Source of the DNA: an uncultured Woeseia sp.
Lineage (GTDB): Bacteria > Pseudomonadota > Gammaproteobacteria > Steroidobacterales > UBA11654
Assembly (NCBI GenBank): GCA_964454905.1
Contig: CAYVTR010000002.1
Coordinates: forward strand, 6,803 to 70,802
Length of the DNA: 64,000 nt
Reading direction: 5' to 3'
Shown here: one piece after another, positions 26,798-36,411 of the stretch
Numbering within the stretch: the first letter of the stretch is position 1
How the letters are laid out: the number at the start of each line of letters is the position of its first letter
Translations under genes and position numbers: made by a program
The notes under the pieces: model-generated
What the model was told of the DNA's origin: nothing
Seen by the model: only the letters and a program-made list of their open reading frames with translations
Database searches by the model: none

Positions 26798-28194
26798 ATT
26801 ATAAAAAATTGACAGTTATCTTGAGTCTTATTCTATCCATTGAAATAGTCGCTCATCCAAGTCTTATTATTGAGAATATCACCCTCATTGACGCAGAAAA
26901 TCCTGTTCGATTTAACCAAACAGTACTCATTGAAGATGGAAAAATACAATCGATTATTAATCCTAATGAAAGAAGAAAAGAGCAGAATAACCATACAATA
27001 ATTGACGGGAGTGGAAAGTTTCTTATACCCGGTTTATGGGATGCCCATGTGCATCTGACCTTTATTCCTGAAATAGATCATGAAACCTATTTCAATTTAT
27101 TTCTAAAAAATGGAATCACCAGTATTAGAGACACAGGAGCTGTTATCGAAAAACTCCAACCATCACTGAATTACATCAAAGAAAACCCCAATAAAACACC
27201 CAGGTTGTTTTATGCGGGTCCGCTGATTGATGGTAGAGATCGTGTTTATAAAGGAAAGGAACCTGGATTCCCTGAACTTTCTATTGGTATTGATGAGAGC
27301 TCAAATATTGAAAATGTCGTCAATGGTCTCTTGGACAATGGTGTCACTTTTCTAAAATCGTATGAAATGCTCTCAAAAGAGACCTATCTGGAGCTATTGC
27401 AAATTGCCAAAAAAAATAACCTTAGAGTCACTGGACATATACCTCTTAGTATTGATCTTGAGGAAGCCATTGAGGCTGGTCTTGGTGGTATGCAACATGT
27501 CAGAAATATGGATCTTGCCTGCTCACTCGATGCCCCAGAATTGCTGACTAAAAGAAGAGCGCAACTTGAAAATGCAGATGTCATTGCAGGCTCTGCTCTG
27601 AGAACACAAATACATTCAGCTCAAAGATACTATTCAATTGGCAATCATGACCCTAAGAGATGTTTAAAGATCATTAAAAAATTATCAGCTTTTGGGGTTT
27701 TTCAAACACCAACCCTCACCATCAATACTCTTGATTCAAGAAGATTTTATGCTGACCCAGAGTGGAGAGAGACCTACCAGTACCTTCCTGAAAAAGCGAG
27801 AAACAACTGGGATGAAGGTTCAATAGAATCTACCAATCTAGCAGTTACTGACAATGCCTTAATATTTGATAAGTGGAGCTTAGATCTGGTCAATATAATG
27901 AACCAAGAGGGAGTAAAAATCATAGCGGGAACAGATACTCCGATTGGCTATCTCACACCTGGCTTTAGTCTACACAAAGAACTTGAATTGCTCTTCGAAG
28001 CTGGAATGACGGCACGGGAAGTACTGCGTTCAGCAACCATCACTCCTGCCGAATTTCTTAACATGGAAAATCAGATGGGAACTATAGTTGAAGGTAAGTT
28101 AGCAGACCTAGTTATACTAAATAGTAATCCTTTGGAATCCATCAGCAATACTCAAGATATTCACATGGTTATTTCCAAAGGAATAATTCAATGA
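26794..28194 (+). CDS. exported amidohydrolase-family protein
   Basis: It has a signal peptide (MNYKKLTVILSLILSIEIVA) and IPGLWDAHVHL. I chose the ATGA-coupled start at 26794. Confidence 0.75.
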   Translation: MNYKKLTVILSLILSIEIVAHPSLIIENITLIDAENPVRFNQTVLIEDGKIQSIINPNERRKEQNNHTIIDGSGKFLIPGLWDAHVHLTFIPEIDHETYFNLFLKNGITSIRDTGAVIEKLQPSLNYIKENPNKTPRLFYAGPLIDGRDRVYKGKEPGFPELSIGIDESSNIENVVNGLLDNGVTFLKSYEMLSKETYLELLQIAKKNNLRVTGHIPLSIDLEEAIEAGLGGMQHVRNMDLACSLDAPELLTKRRAQLENADVIAGSALRTQIHSAQRYYSIGNHDPKRCLKIIKKLSAFGVFQTPTLTINTLDSRRFYADPEWRETYQYLPEKARNNWDEGSIESTNLAVTDNALIFDKWSLDLVNIMNQEGVKIIAGTDTPIGYLTPGFSLHKELELLFEAGMTAREVLRSATITPAEFLNMENQMGTIVEGKLADLVILNSNPLESISNTQDIHMVISKGIIQ

Positions 28195-28301
28195 AAAAAA
28201 TAACTGAGAGTCAAAAAGCCCGTAATGATTCTTTCATACTATTAATTATTTTACTGATCGTTTCATATTTTATATTTAATATAAGTTAAGAGGAAAACTA
28301 G

Positions 28302-28901
28302 ATGAAAAATATTATTAAAATGGATGAGTTCGTGCACCAAAGTATCTGGTACAAAAATTTGTTAGAAAATCCAACTGAAATCGCAGCCTTGTTTCCTTGT
28401 AGCACTGAAACAGGCAAGCTCATGACAGCGCATCTTGAAGGAATGGATGAAGGTTATATTTTGGAGCTAGGCTCGGGTATGGGGGCTATCACCGAATGTA
28501 TCCTGCAAAGGCAAGTTCCAGAAGATAAGCTAATATTGATTGAAAAGAATAAAAACTTTGCCGACTATCTTAGTCATAAATACAGAAAGGCCAATGTCTT
28601 TGCAAAAGATGCTGCAAATGCAAAGACATTACTTGAAGCCCAAGGAATCTGTGAAGTGAGACACATTGTTTGTAGCCTGCCATTTGTGATTATGCAACAA
28701 GAACAACAGTTGTCTATTTTAGATGTAATTTTTAAACTACTGCATCCACAAGGTTGCGTCTCCATGGTTACCTATTTTATTCGTTGCCCAATATCAAAAA
28801 AGGTTTTGGACCAATATAATAAAAGCTCCGAGCTATTTGGATTTACTATGAAAAATATACCTCCAGCATACGTTTATCAAATAAAGAATGGCCATAGATA
28901 A
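28302..28901 (+). CDS. class I SAM-dependent methyltransferase (phospholipid N-methyltransferase/COG3963-like)
   Basis: The SAM motif I is ILELGSGMGAIT. An AGGAAA RBS lies 6 nt upstream of the ATG. Confidence 0.65.
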   Translation: MKNIIKMDEFVHQSIWYKNLLENPTEIAALFPCSTETGKLMTAHLEGMDEGYILELGSGMGAITECILQRQVPEDKLILIEKNKNFADYLSHKYRKANVFAKDAANAKTLLEAQGICEVRHIVCSLPFVIMQQEQQLSILDVIFKLLHPQGCVSMVTYFIRCPISKKVLDQYNKSSELFGFTMKNIPPAYVYQIKNGHR

Positions 28902-28902
28902 T

Positions 28903-29367
28903 ATGAAAAAAATAATACTAATATCAGCATTACTGTTCAGCTTTAATGGTTGGTCACTCTCCGAATATCGACCCTATGATGAGACGGCTGATGCTCATCA
29001 GAATATCGCTGAAGCAGTCAAGCTAGCAAAAAAATCAGATAAACATATTTTGCTTGAAATGGGTGGCAATTGGTGTCCAGATTGTAGAACTCTTGGAGCA
29101 TATCTTGCCAGGGAAGATATCAAAGCATGGCTAGATGATCGTTTCATTTTGGTTCCCGTTGATGTGGGTGAATGGGATAAAAATATAGATATTGCTGAAC
29201 GCTATGGAAATCCTATCAGCGAAGGAATTCCTGCTCTTGTTGTGCTGGATAAAAATGAAAATGTAGTCTTTGCCACACTTGCAGGTGAGTTGGCCTCGGC
29301 TAGAAATATGAGCGGAGATGACTTGATTGAGTGGTTGAAAATCAAGATAGAACCCTTTTTGAATTAA
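28903..29367 (+). CDS. exported thioredoxin-fold protein
   Basis: It has a signal peptide (MKKIILISALLFSFNGWS) and a WCPDC CxxC motif. Confidence 0.7.
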   Translation: MKKIILISALLFSFNGWSLSEYRPYDETADAHQNIAEAVKLAKKSDKHILLEMGGNWCPDCRTLGAYLAREDIKAWLDDRFILVPVDVGEWDKNIDIAERYGNPISEGIPALVVLDKNENVVFATLAGELASARNMSGDDLIEWLKIKIEPFLN

Positions 29368-30161
29368 TGGATCATATCAAAAAACTAAAAATAGTTATCA
29401 CTGCTGGCGCATCGGGTATCGGTGCTGAAATTGCAAAAACTCTTTCTGAGGCTGGCGGTCAAGTGATCATTTGTGATAAAGATCAATCCAGACTAGATGC
29501 ATTCACTCAAAATAATCCTAATGTAATTGCCGTGAAGGCTGATGTATCAGATGAAGAAGAGGTCTTATCTCTTTTTGCTACAGTCAAAGAGCATTTCGGA
29601 GAAATCAATGTATTAATCAATAACGCCGGCATTGCAGGACCTTCAGCTAAGCTTGAAGATACCGATTTTAAAGACTGGCAACAGACAATCAATATCAATT
29701 TAAATGGAGCATTCCTTTGTAGTAGGTCTGCAATTCCTCTACTGAAACTCTCTGGTGGTGGATCAATTATTAATATTGGCTCCACTTCATCATTCATGGG
29801 AACACCTCTCCGCTCCTCATATGCAGCCTCAAAATGGGGATTAATTGGTTTGACAAAAACTTGGGCTATGGAATACGGAGTAGATAATGTTCGGATCAAC
29901 ACGATCTGTCCAAGCTCGGTTAATGGAGAGAGAATTGAGCGTGTTATAGAACGAGAAGCAAACTATCGAAATACTTCACCAGAGGAAATCAAAGACACTT
30001 ATCTTCGTCAAACTTCGCTTAAAACTTTTATTGATGCCGAAGAGATTGCGGGAATGATAGTATATCTGCTGTCACCACTGGCAAAAAAAATCACGGGTCA
30101 AATGCTGGTCATTGATGGGCACACAGAAAGCTTATCAATGATTGAAATGGAAGGAGAATAG
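29367..30161 (+). CDS. short-chain dehydrogenase/reductase (SDR)
   Basis: Supporting motifs are TAGASGIG, NNAG and YAASKWG (YxxxK). It is TAATG-coupled to the upstream gene. Confidence 0.85.
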   Translation: MDHIKKLKIVITAGASGIGAEIAKTLSEAGGQVIICDKDQSRLDAFTQNNPNVIAVKADVSDEEEVLSLFATVKEHFGEINVLINNAGIAGPSAKLEDTDFKDWQQTININLNGAFLCSRSAIPLLKLSGGGSIINIGSTSSFMGTPLRSSYAASKWGLIGLTKTWAMEYGVDNVRINTICPSSVNGERIERVIEREANYRNTSPEEIKDTYLRQTSLKTFIDAEEIAGMIVYLLSPLAKKITGQMLVIDGHTESLSMIEMEGE

Positions 30162-30164
30162 ACA

Positions 30165-31145
30165 ATGCAAGCAGCATGGTATGCAGCAATTGGTTCAGCT
30201 GAAGAAGTGCTTCATGTTGGAGAAGTAGATGATCCTTCTCCACTGGCAGGCGAAGTCCTTGTTGAAATTAAAACATCGGGTGTCAATCCTTCTGATGTAA
30301 AAACCAGAGCTGGGGCAAGAGGAGAATTACAATTTCCTCGAATCATTCCTCATTCGGATGGTGGTGGAATTATTATTAAGGTCGGTGAAGGAGTCAGTGA
30401 AGATCGGGTTGGCGAACGAGTATGGATATGGAACGGGGCTTTTGGAAGAGCTCAAGGAACCTGTGCCGAGCAGATGGCACTCCCCTCGTCTCAAGCGATT
30501 GCTATGTCTGAGAATGTTTCATTTGAAACTGCAGCTTGCTTAGGAATTCCAGCCGCAACCGCTTATTACGGCGTTTTCTCTGATGGTTCAGTAGAAGATC
30601 AAACTATATTAATTACTGGAGGTGCAGGAGCTGTAGGTAATCTAGGCATTCAACTGGCAAAATGGTCAGGGGCAGATGTTATCTCAACAGTCAGTAGTGA
30701 TGATAAAGCAACTGTCGCTAAAGCCGCTGGAGCAGATCTTGTGGTGAACTATAAAACCGGTAATGTCATCGAGGCCGTCAATGATTTCACAAAAGGTCAA
30801 GGGGTTGACAGAATACTTGAGGTTGAATTTGGTGGAAATCTATCCGTCAGTGAACAGGTAATAAAAAATAATGGCGTCATTGCAGCTTATGGTTCTGTTG
30901 CTGAAGCCAATCCTTCTCTGCCGTTTTATAATTTAATGTTCAAAGGCGTCAAGTTAAATACTTATCTCATCTATATTGTTTCAGAAAAAGATCGAGATGA
31001 TATTAATAAAGGAATTACTTCCGCTCTCAGTGACAGCGCACTCACGCCCATCATCGCTGAATCCTTTAACTTGTCTGAAATTATTAATGCGCATCAATCA
31101 CTTGAAGAAGGCTCTGTCATCGGCAATGTTGTGATTAACATTTGA
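30165..31145 (+). CDS. zinc-independent MDR-family NADPH:quinone oxidoreductase-like protein
   Basis: Supporting blocks are GEVLVEIKTSGVNPSD, ITGGAGAVGNLGIQLAK and a 326-aa MDR layout. Confidence 0.75.
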   Translation: MQAAWYAAIGSAEEVLHVGEVDDPSPLAGEVLVEIKTSGVNPSDVKTRAGARGELQFPRIIPHSDGGGIIIKVGEGVSEDRVGERVWIWNGAFGRAQGTCAEQMALPSSQAIAMSENVSFETAACLGIPAATAYYGVFSDGSVEDQTILITGGAGAVGNLGIQLAKWSGADVISTVSSDDKATVAKAAGADLVVNYKTGNVIEAVNDFTKGQGVDRILEVEFGGNLSVSEQVIKNNGVIAAYGSVAEANPSLPFYNLMFKGVKLNTYLIYIVSEKDRDDINKGITSALSDSALTPIIAESFNLSEIINAHQSLEEGSVIGNVVINI

Positions 31146-31152
31146 GTAAATA

Positions 31153-32703
31153 ATGAGACAAATAGTTCAGCACCTTATCACTCTGATGCTCTTTCTTAGC
31201 CCTGTAAAAGCAACACTTGCAGAGGTGGGGGTATCAATTAACCTGCACAATTCACAAATTAAAGGAGTCTTTGACAGTGACAATGAACTGTTTATCTTCA
31301 GAGGCATCCCTTATGCCGTACCCCCGATTGGAGATTTACGATGGACATCACCTGTTCCTTTATCACCAGACCCAGAAGTTATCAATGCTCAAACCTTTAA
31401 ACCGGCCTGTATGCAAGATGAATACACCACCGAATGGTACCAAGATGTTGCCGAGTTGTTTGGCAACCCTCGCTCTGTTTTTCAACACGTTGATGAAGTC
31501 AGTGAAGATTGTCTCTATCTCAATATATGGACAAATTCCCTTGACCCAACCAGTAAAAAGCCCGTCATGGTTTGGGTGCATGGGGGAGCAGACACAGCGG
31601 GGTGGTCTTACGAACCAAATTACTTAGGACATCATCTTGCCCGTAAAGATGTGGTGGTGGTCTCTATTAATTACAGATTAAATATTTTTGGCTTCTTCAC
31701 ACACCCAGATATGCCCAACCAGACTGGGAACTTTGGTCTTGAAGATGAAATTATGGCATTGCAGTGGGTCAAGGATCATATTTCATCTTATGGGGGTGAT
31801 TCTGAAAATATTACCTATTTTGGCGAATCAGCAGGTGGGGCTCATGTTTCCTATTTAATTGCCTCCCCAAAAGGTAGAGATTTGTTTAAAAGAGGAATCA
31901 TCCAAAGCGGTGCCTATAATTTATTCAACTGGATATCAAAAGATAAGGCACAAGAGTTGGGAGTGAGAACGCAAACTACTTTAAATGCACCTGACTTACA
32001 GGCTATGAAAAGGTTAACTGCAGAAAGTCTTTTGTCTGCTTCTATCAGTCTTAACTATCCCTTCAGACCAAACATCGATGGTGAATTGATACCGAATAAT
32101 TTGACTCAATTACTTGATCAGGGATCATTCAATAATGTTGATCTCATGATCGGTAGCAATAAAAATGAAGATTATATGTACATCAATGAAGCAGTCACAG
32201 AAAACAATATTAATCGGCTAATTGAGAATTACTATCCAGAGCATCAAGACAAATTACTATCATTGTTGGACTTAGAAGACCCGAGACTTGCCATGGATCA
32301 CCTGACAACTAATCAAAGAACGCTTTGTCCCTCAGTTTTTATTGCCAGATCTCTTGCGAAGAATGGAAATAATGTCTATCAATACCATTTTACTCGAATG
32401 CGAGAAGGCAGTGAAAGGATATTGTCTTATCATGGCGCTGAAATCCCCTATGTATTTAATACCCATGATGAATGGCTGCCAACCAATGAAGATGATGATC
32501 AGCTGACAGAGGTGATGATGGAATACTGGGTCGAATTTGCAAAAAAAGGAACACCTAATTCAATCAATAATCCAACATGGAAAGAATTTGGTACTGAAGA
32601 AAATTACTTGATATTGGACCTACCTATAGAGAATTCATCAAAACTAGAAAATGAGTTTTGCGAAATAATGATTGATGAATTAATTAAAAGATCATCAAGC
32701 TAA
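31153..32703 (+). CDS. exported type B carboxylesterase/lipase
   Basis: It has a signal peptide, YLNIWT, VMVWVHGGA and the nucleophile elbow FGESAGGAH. Confidence 0.8.
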   Translation: MRQIVQHLITLMLFLSPVKATLAEVGVSINLHNSQIKGVFDSDNELFIFRGIPYAVPPIGDLRWTSPVPLSPDPEVINAQTFKPACMQDEYTTEWYQDVAELFGNPRSVFQHVDEVSEDCLYLNIWTNSLDPTSKKPVMVWVHGGADTAGWSYEPNYLGHHLARKDVVVVSINYRLNIFGFFTHPDMPNQTGNFGLEDEIMALQWVKDHISSYGGDSENITYFGESAGGAHVSYLIASPKGRDLFKRGIIQSGAYNLFNWISKDKAQELGVRTQTTLNAPDLQAMKRLTAESLLSASISLNYPFRPNIDGELIPNNLTQLLDQGSFNNVDLMIGSNKNEDYMYINEAVTENNINRLIENYYPEHQDKLLSLLDLEDPRLAMDHLTTNQRTLCPSVFIARSLAKNGNNVYQYHFTRMREGSERILSYHGAEIPYVFNTHDEWLPTNEDDDQLTEVMMEYWVEFAKKGTPNSINNPTWKEFGTEENYLILDLPIENSSKLENEFCEIMIDELIKRSSS

Positions 32704-32705
32704 AA

Positions 32706-33401
32706 ATGTCCTTAAGGGTTATTGGTGCTGGATTTGGAAGAACTGGAACGCTTTCATTAAAAGTTGCACTTGAAAAGCTTGGCTTTGGACCGTGTCATCA
32801 CATGAAGGAAGTGATGAAAAATCAAGACCAAACAGAATGGTTCCACAGAGCATCAAAAGGTAAGAAAGTTGATTGGCATAAGGTGTTTGAGAAATATCAA
32901 TCTGCTGTGGATTGGCCTGCTGCTGCTTATTATCAGGAATTAGCTAATGAATTTCCTGATGCAAAAATAGTGTTGGGTGTCAGAGATGTTGATGCTTGGT
33001 ATCAGAGCGTTAGCGAAACAATTTATACAGTGGTACCTAACTTCCCGAAATGGCTAAGATTGATTTTACCGAGAGCTAATAAAGTAATGGATATGATTGA
33101 TAGAACAATTTGGATCGGTGAATTTTCAGGACGTTTTGAAGATAAAGAGTTTGCTGTTGATGTTTTCAATAAACACATTGAATTAGTGAAGACAGTTTTT
33201 CCTGAGGAAAGGCTGCTGATTCATTCAGCCAAGGATGGATGGCAACCATTGTGTGATTTTCTAGGAGTACCAGTTCCAGATGAACCGTATCCATGGCTTA
33301 ATGAATCTATTAGTTTTAAACGAAATTTGAGAATCATCAAAGCTGTAAAATGGATGCCTGTAGTTCTAGTGATCATCTTATTACTATGGCTTCTCTACTG
33401 A
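32706..33401 (+). CDS. sulfotransferase-family protein (Sulfotransfer_4-like) with a C-terminal membrane anchor
   Basis: The N-terminal P-loop-like segment is VIGAGFGRTGTLSLKVALEKLGFGPCHHMKEV. The C-terminal hydrophobic tail is WMPVVLVIILLLWLLY. Confidence 0.6.
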   Translation: MSLRVIGAGFGRTGTLSLKVALEKLGFGPCHHMKEVMKNQDQTEWFHRASKGKKVDWHKVFEKYQSAVDWPAAAYYQELANEFPDAKIVLGVRDVDAWYQSVSETIYTVVPNFPKWLRLILPRANKVMDMIDRTIWIGEFSGRFEDKEFAVDVFNKHIELVKTVFPEERLLIHSAKDGWQPLCDFLGVPVPDEPYPWLNESISFKRNLRIIKAVKWMPVVLVIILLLWLLY

Positions 33402-33542
33402 CCTAAAGTTATTTTCAAGTCGTAAATAACCCTACTAAAAGCAAACCTATCATTCCTAACATCATTGCTAACCCTAGAAGTATGACTTTCTTCATTTAGT
33501 TTTCCTGTTTAAGTTTGCAGTTATCATGAATGTATTAAGTAA

Positions 33543-34145
33543 TTAGGGTTTTCTATGAAAATAAATTGATAGCTTATAGAGAATTGGGGTCATCAACAAC
33601 CAGGGTATTTGACTTTGCAGACTTATGGTTCTGTCATTAAAATAGAATAAGACTGGATTGAACCATGGCCCTGTTGGGGCGAAAGGTGCCCATGAGAGAT
33701 TTTTTCCTACAGCCAGTTGATCGTAATACAGAAACATCTCAACAAAAATATTCTGACCTATACACAAAATTAACAGGATCAAGAACGCCTGCCAACTCCA
33801 GCTATCAAGTATTGACTGCTCTTTGGCCAATAATTTAGATGTAATGAAGAGCCCCCCGAGACAAACTGTGCCTGCATCACCTAAGGAGTTCATTAACCAG
33901 TTGATATTTTTTGGAATAAAATGATTCAGTATTTCAGATCTTCGTATATCAACAGGATCGCCCGAGACCCAACCATAGGTAAACCATAACTCCCATCCCA
34001 ATGCACAGATCAGGAAAGAATAGATATAAATTTTTAGTATTGATGTCGGTAGTTCATTTCTTCTTTTCAGAGTCAGAAGTACGATAATAGGAATAAGAAC
34101 ACTCAAATAAACCACAACAATAATTCTTAATTCAGCAAAAGTCAT
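33543..34145 (-). CDS. hypothetical integral membrane protein (~5-6 TM)
   Basis: Support comes from the hydrophobicity pattern only. Confidence 0.5.
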   Translation of the reverse strand: MTFAELRIIVVVYLSVLIPIIVLLTLKRRNELPTSILKIYIYSFLICALGWELWFTYGWVSGDPVDIRRSEILNHFIPKNINWLMNSLGDAGTVCLGGLFITSKLLAKEQSILDSWSWQAFLILLILCIGQNIFVEMFLYYDQLAVGKNLSWAPFAPTGPWFNPVLFYFNDRTISLQSQIPWLLMTPILYKLSIYFHRKP

Positions 34146-34217
34146 ATGAGCAAAATATTTTTAGAAATAGGGATCAAGGCGAAATCCTCGAATTGATTAC
34201 CCAACTTATTCATGCAA

Positions 34218-35588
34218 TTAAATAGATCTCAAATACCACTCGAAGTCTTTATTGCTGATTTGCGAGGCAAAGCGATCCAATTCACAACGCCTTGATCTTA
34301 AGAACAGATCACTGTATCCATTACTCAGATATTCATTTAAGACGCTGGCATTTTCAAAAGCATCCAATGCCTTATCCCATTTAACAGGCAATGTAATCTC
34401 AGGGTCTATGACTTCTCCTTCAGCGATCATTTTTGGAGGAGTAATCTGATTTTTTAATCCGTAATGTATTCCTGCAAGAACGCAAGCCATCACTAAATAA
34501 GGGTTAGCATCAGCGCCTGCGGCACGATGTTCAATTCTCACATTATCACTATCGGATAAAGGGATACGAATTGAGAGGTTTCGATGATTTGGACCCCAGT
34601 TTGGAGTTATGGGAGCAAAAAACCCAGGCTGAAATCGTCGGTATGAATTAGCATTTGGACAAAATATAGCCATCCCCTCTTCCATCGTTTGAGCTAGACC
34701 ACCAACAGCGTGTTCAATATTCTGATTAAAGTTTGTTTCTTGCTTAGAATCTGTTTGAAATAGAAGATCTCCTTTTTCATTTTTTAAGCTGATATGAATA
34801 TGCATCCCTGAACCTGCAGTCTTCATGAATGGTTTAGCCATAAAAGTAGCGCCCAAGCCAAATGATTTAGCAGTCTCACGAACTGCTCGTCTCAAAAGTA
34901 TGGCATGATCAGATGCCAATAACGGGTCATCGACATGATGTAGGTTGGTTTCAAATTGACCTCTTGAAAATTCTGATATTATCGTACCCGTGGGGATATT
35001 CTGTATTTCACAGGCTTTTTTTAATTGATTAAAAAATGGATCTAACTCTCTTAAATCTTCCATGGAATAGACTTGTGGTCCTTCGTCTTGAAGAATTGTG
35101 CCAGGTAAGGGTCCGTGTCTTGGATTAATGCTCAATGCATCTTTGTCTTGAATTAAATAAAACTCTAATTCAACCGCTACTGTTGCTCGAAAACCATCTG
35201 CTTCAAACTTTTCGATAACATCTCGAAGAATATTGCGACTCTCATTGGAGTAATGTTTCCCATTTCGATCAAACATGGTGATCATGGCTTGAGCTGCAGG
35301 TTTTTCCAACCAAGGAATAGAGCTCAGTGAATTGGCAACAGGTTTTGCAGTAACATCAGGGTCACCATCATCAGTTCCCAGAATTAGACCATCGATAACA
35401 TCACCGCTCGAATCAAGCAGATGTGTTGCCGCTGGAAAATTAATACCTTTACTAAACAGAGTCTTTGCTTCTGAAACATCCAAGCGTTTCCCTCGAATGA
35501 TTCCGTTCATGTCTGGAACCAGAAGCTCTAATATTTCCAGATCAGGATGAGATTCTAGAAAAAGATTTAATTCATCAAGACCGGACAT
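34218..35588 (-). CDS. glutamine synthetase-family ligase (PuuA/PauA gamma-glutamyl-polyamine synthetase-like; GmaS is an alternative)
   Basis: It is 456 aa with GS catalytic-domain blocks (GSGMHIHISL, NSYRR, RIEHRAAGADANPYL). Confidence 0.75.
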   Translation of the reverse strand: MSGLDELNLFLESHPDLEILELLVPDMNGIIRGKRLDVSEAKTLFSKGINFPAATHLLDSSGDVIDGLILGTDDGDPDVTAKPVANSLSSIPWLEKPAAQAMITMFDRNGKHYSNESRNILRDVIEKFEADGFRATVAVELEFYLIQDKDALSINPRHGPLPGTILQDEGPQVYSMEDLRELDPFFNQLKKACEIQNIPTGTIISEFSRGQFETNLHHVDDPLLASDHAILLRRAVRETAKSFGLGATFMAKPFMKTAGSGMHIHISLKNEKGDLLFQTDSKQETNFNQNIEHAVGGLAQTMEEGMAIFCPNANSYRRFQPGFFAPITPNWGPNHRNLSIRIPLSDSDNVRIEHRAAGADANPYLVMACVLAGIHYGLKNQITPPKMIAEGEVIDPEITLPVKWDKALDAFENASVLNEYLSNGYSDLFLRSRRCELDRFASQISNKDFEWYLRSI

Positions 35589-35589
35589 A

Positions 35590-36405
35590 TTATGAGCTTG
35601 TTTTATTGATAAATTCTTTTCGCCATTCCTTAGCAGCTTTCAGCCCTTTGTCTTTAAGGACTTTATAAAATGCTTTGGCTTCATCATTATCTGCTGTTTC
35701 ATATAAAACATCTGCTTCCAAGGCGTCCAATAAAGCTTCACGCATGCCTCCTATCTCTAATGTTCTATTAATCGCTCGCTTTGTGATTTCTACACAGAGA
35801 CGATCATTTGATGCTATGGTTTCAGCCATCTCCAAGCCGGCCTTATCAAGTTCTGATTCTTTGACAACTTGATTAATTAAACCCATCTCATAGATCCGCT
35901 GAGACGGTATGTTGATTCTTCCTGTCAAAAGTAATTCTTTTGCCAATTTAGGGCCTGTTAACCAAGGCAGTAACATAGCTACAATGCCACTTGCAATTGA
36001 AACCTCAGGCTCTCCAAACATCGCATTTTCTGCAGCTATAGTGACATCACAGGCTAGGGCCATCTCCATAGCGCCCCCAACACAATGCCCTTGAACGACA
36101 GCAATAGTTGGTTTTGTGGAATCCCAGAAACGCATGATGGTGTTAAAATCATCCTCTAGGGCTGCGCGCATCTCACTGTCCTCTTCCGTATCCCAAACCT
36201 CGTCATTAAGATCAAACCCAGCAGAAAATGATTTCCCTGCTCCCTTCAACACAATGGCACGAACATTGAAGTTATCCTCTGCTTCGTCCATAGCCTTGTT
36301 AATTGCTTCAAGCATGCTTGTGTTAATCGCATTTAATTTATCGGGTCTATTCAGTGTCAGCACTGCAATAGGTCCGTCGACCTCATAAATTAAGGTGTCA
36401 TTCAT
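35590..36405 (-). CDS. enoyl-CoA hydratase/isomerase (crotonase) family protein
   Basis: Supporting blocks are LTLNRPDKLNA, GAGKSFSAGFDL and GHCVGGAMEMALACD. Confidence 0.85.
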   Translation of the reverse strand: MNDTLIYEVDGPIAVLTLNRPDKLNAINTSMLEAINKAMDEAEDNFNVRAIVLKGAGKSFSAGFDLNDEVWDTEEDSEMRAALEDDFNTIMRFWDSTKPTIAVVQGHCVGGAMEMALACDVTIAAENAMFGEPEVSIASGIVAMLLPWLTGPKLAKELLLTGRINIPSQRIYEMGLINQVVKESELDKAGLEMAETIASNDRLCVEITKRAINRTLEIGGMREALLDALEADVLYETADNDEAKAFYKVLKDKGLKAAKEWRKEFINKTSS

Positions 36406-36411
36406 TAGCGC

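Noticed and set aside
31217-31627. A 136-aa same-strand alternative-frame ORF within the carboxylesterase gene.
   Set aside because: The esterase frame carries the diagnostic motifs and a signal peptide. The alternative frame has no recognisable features and would require overlapping translation.
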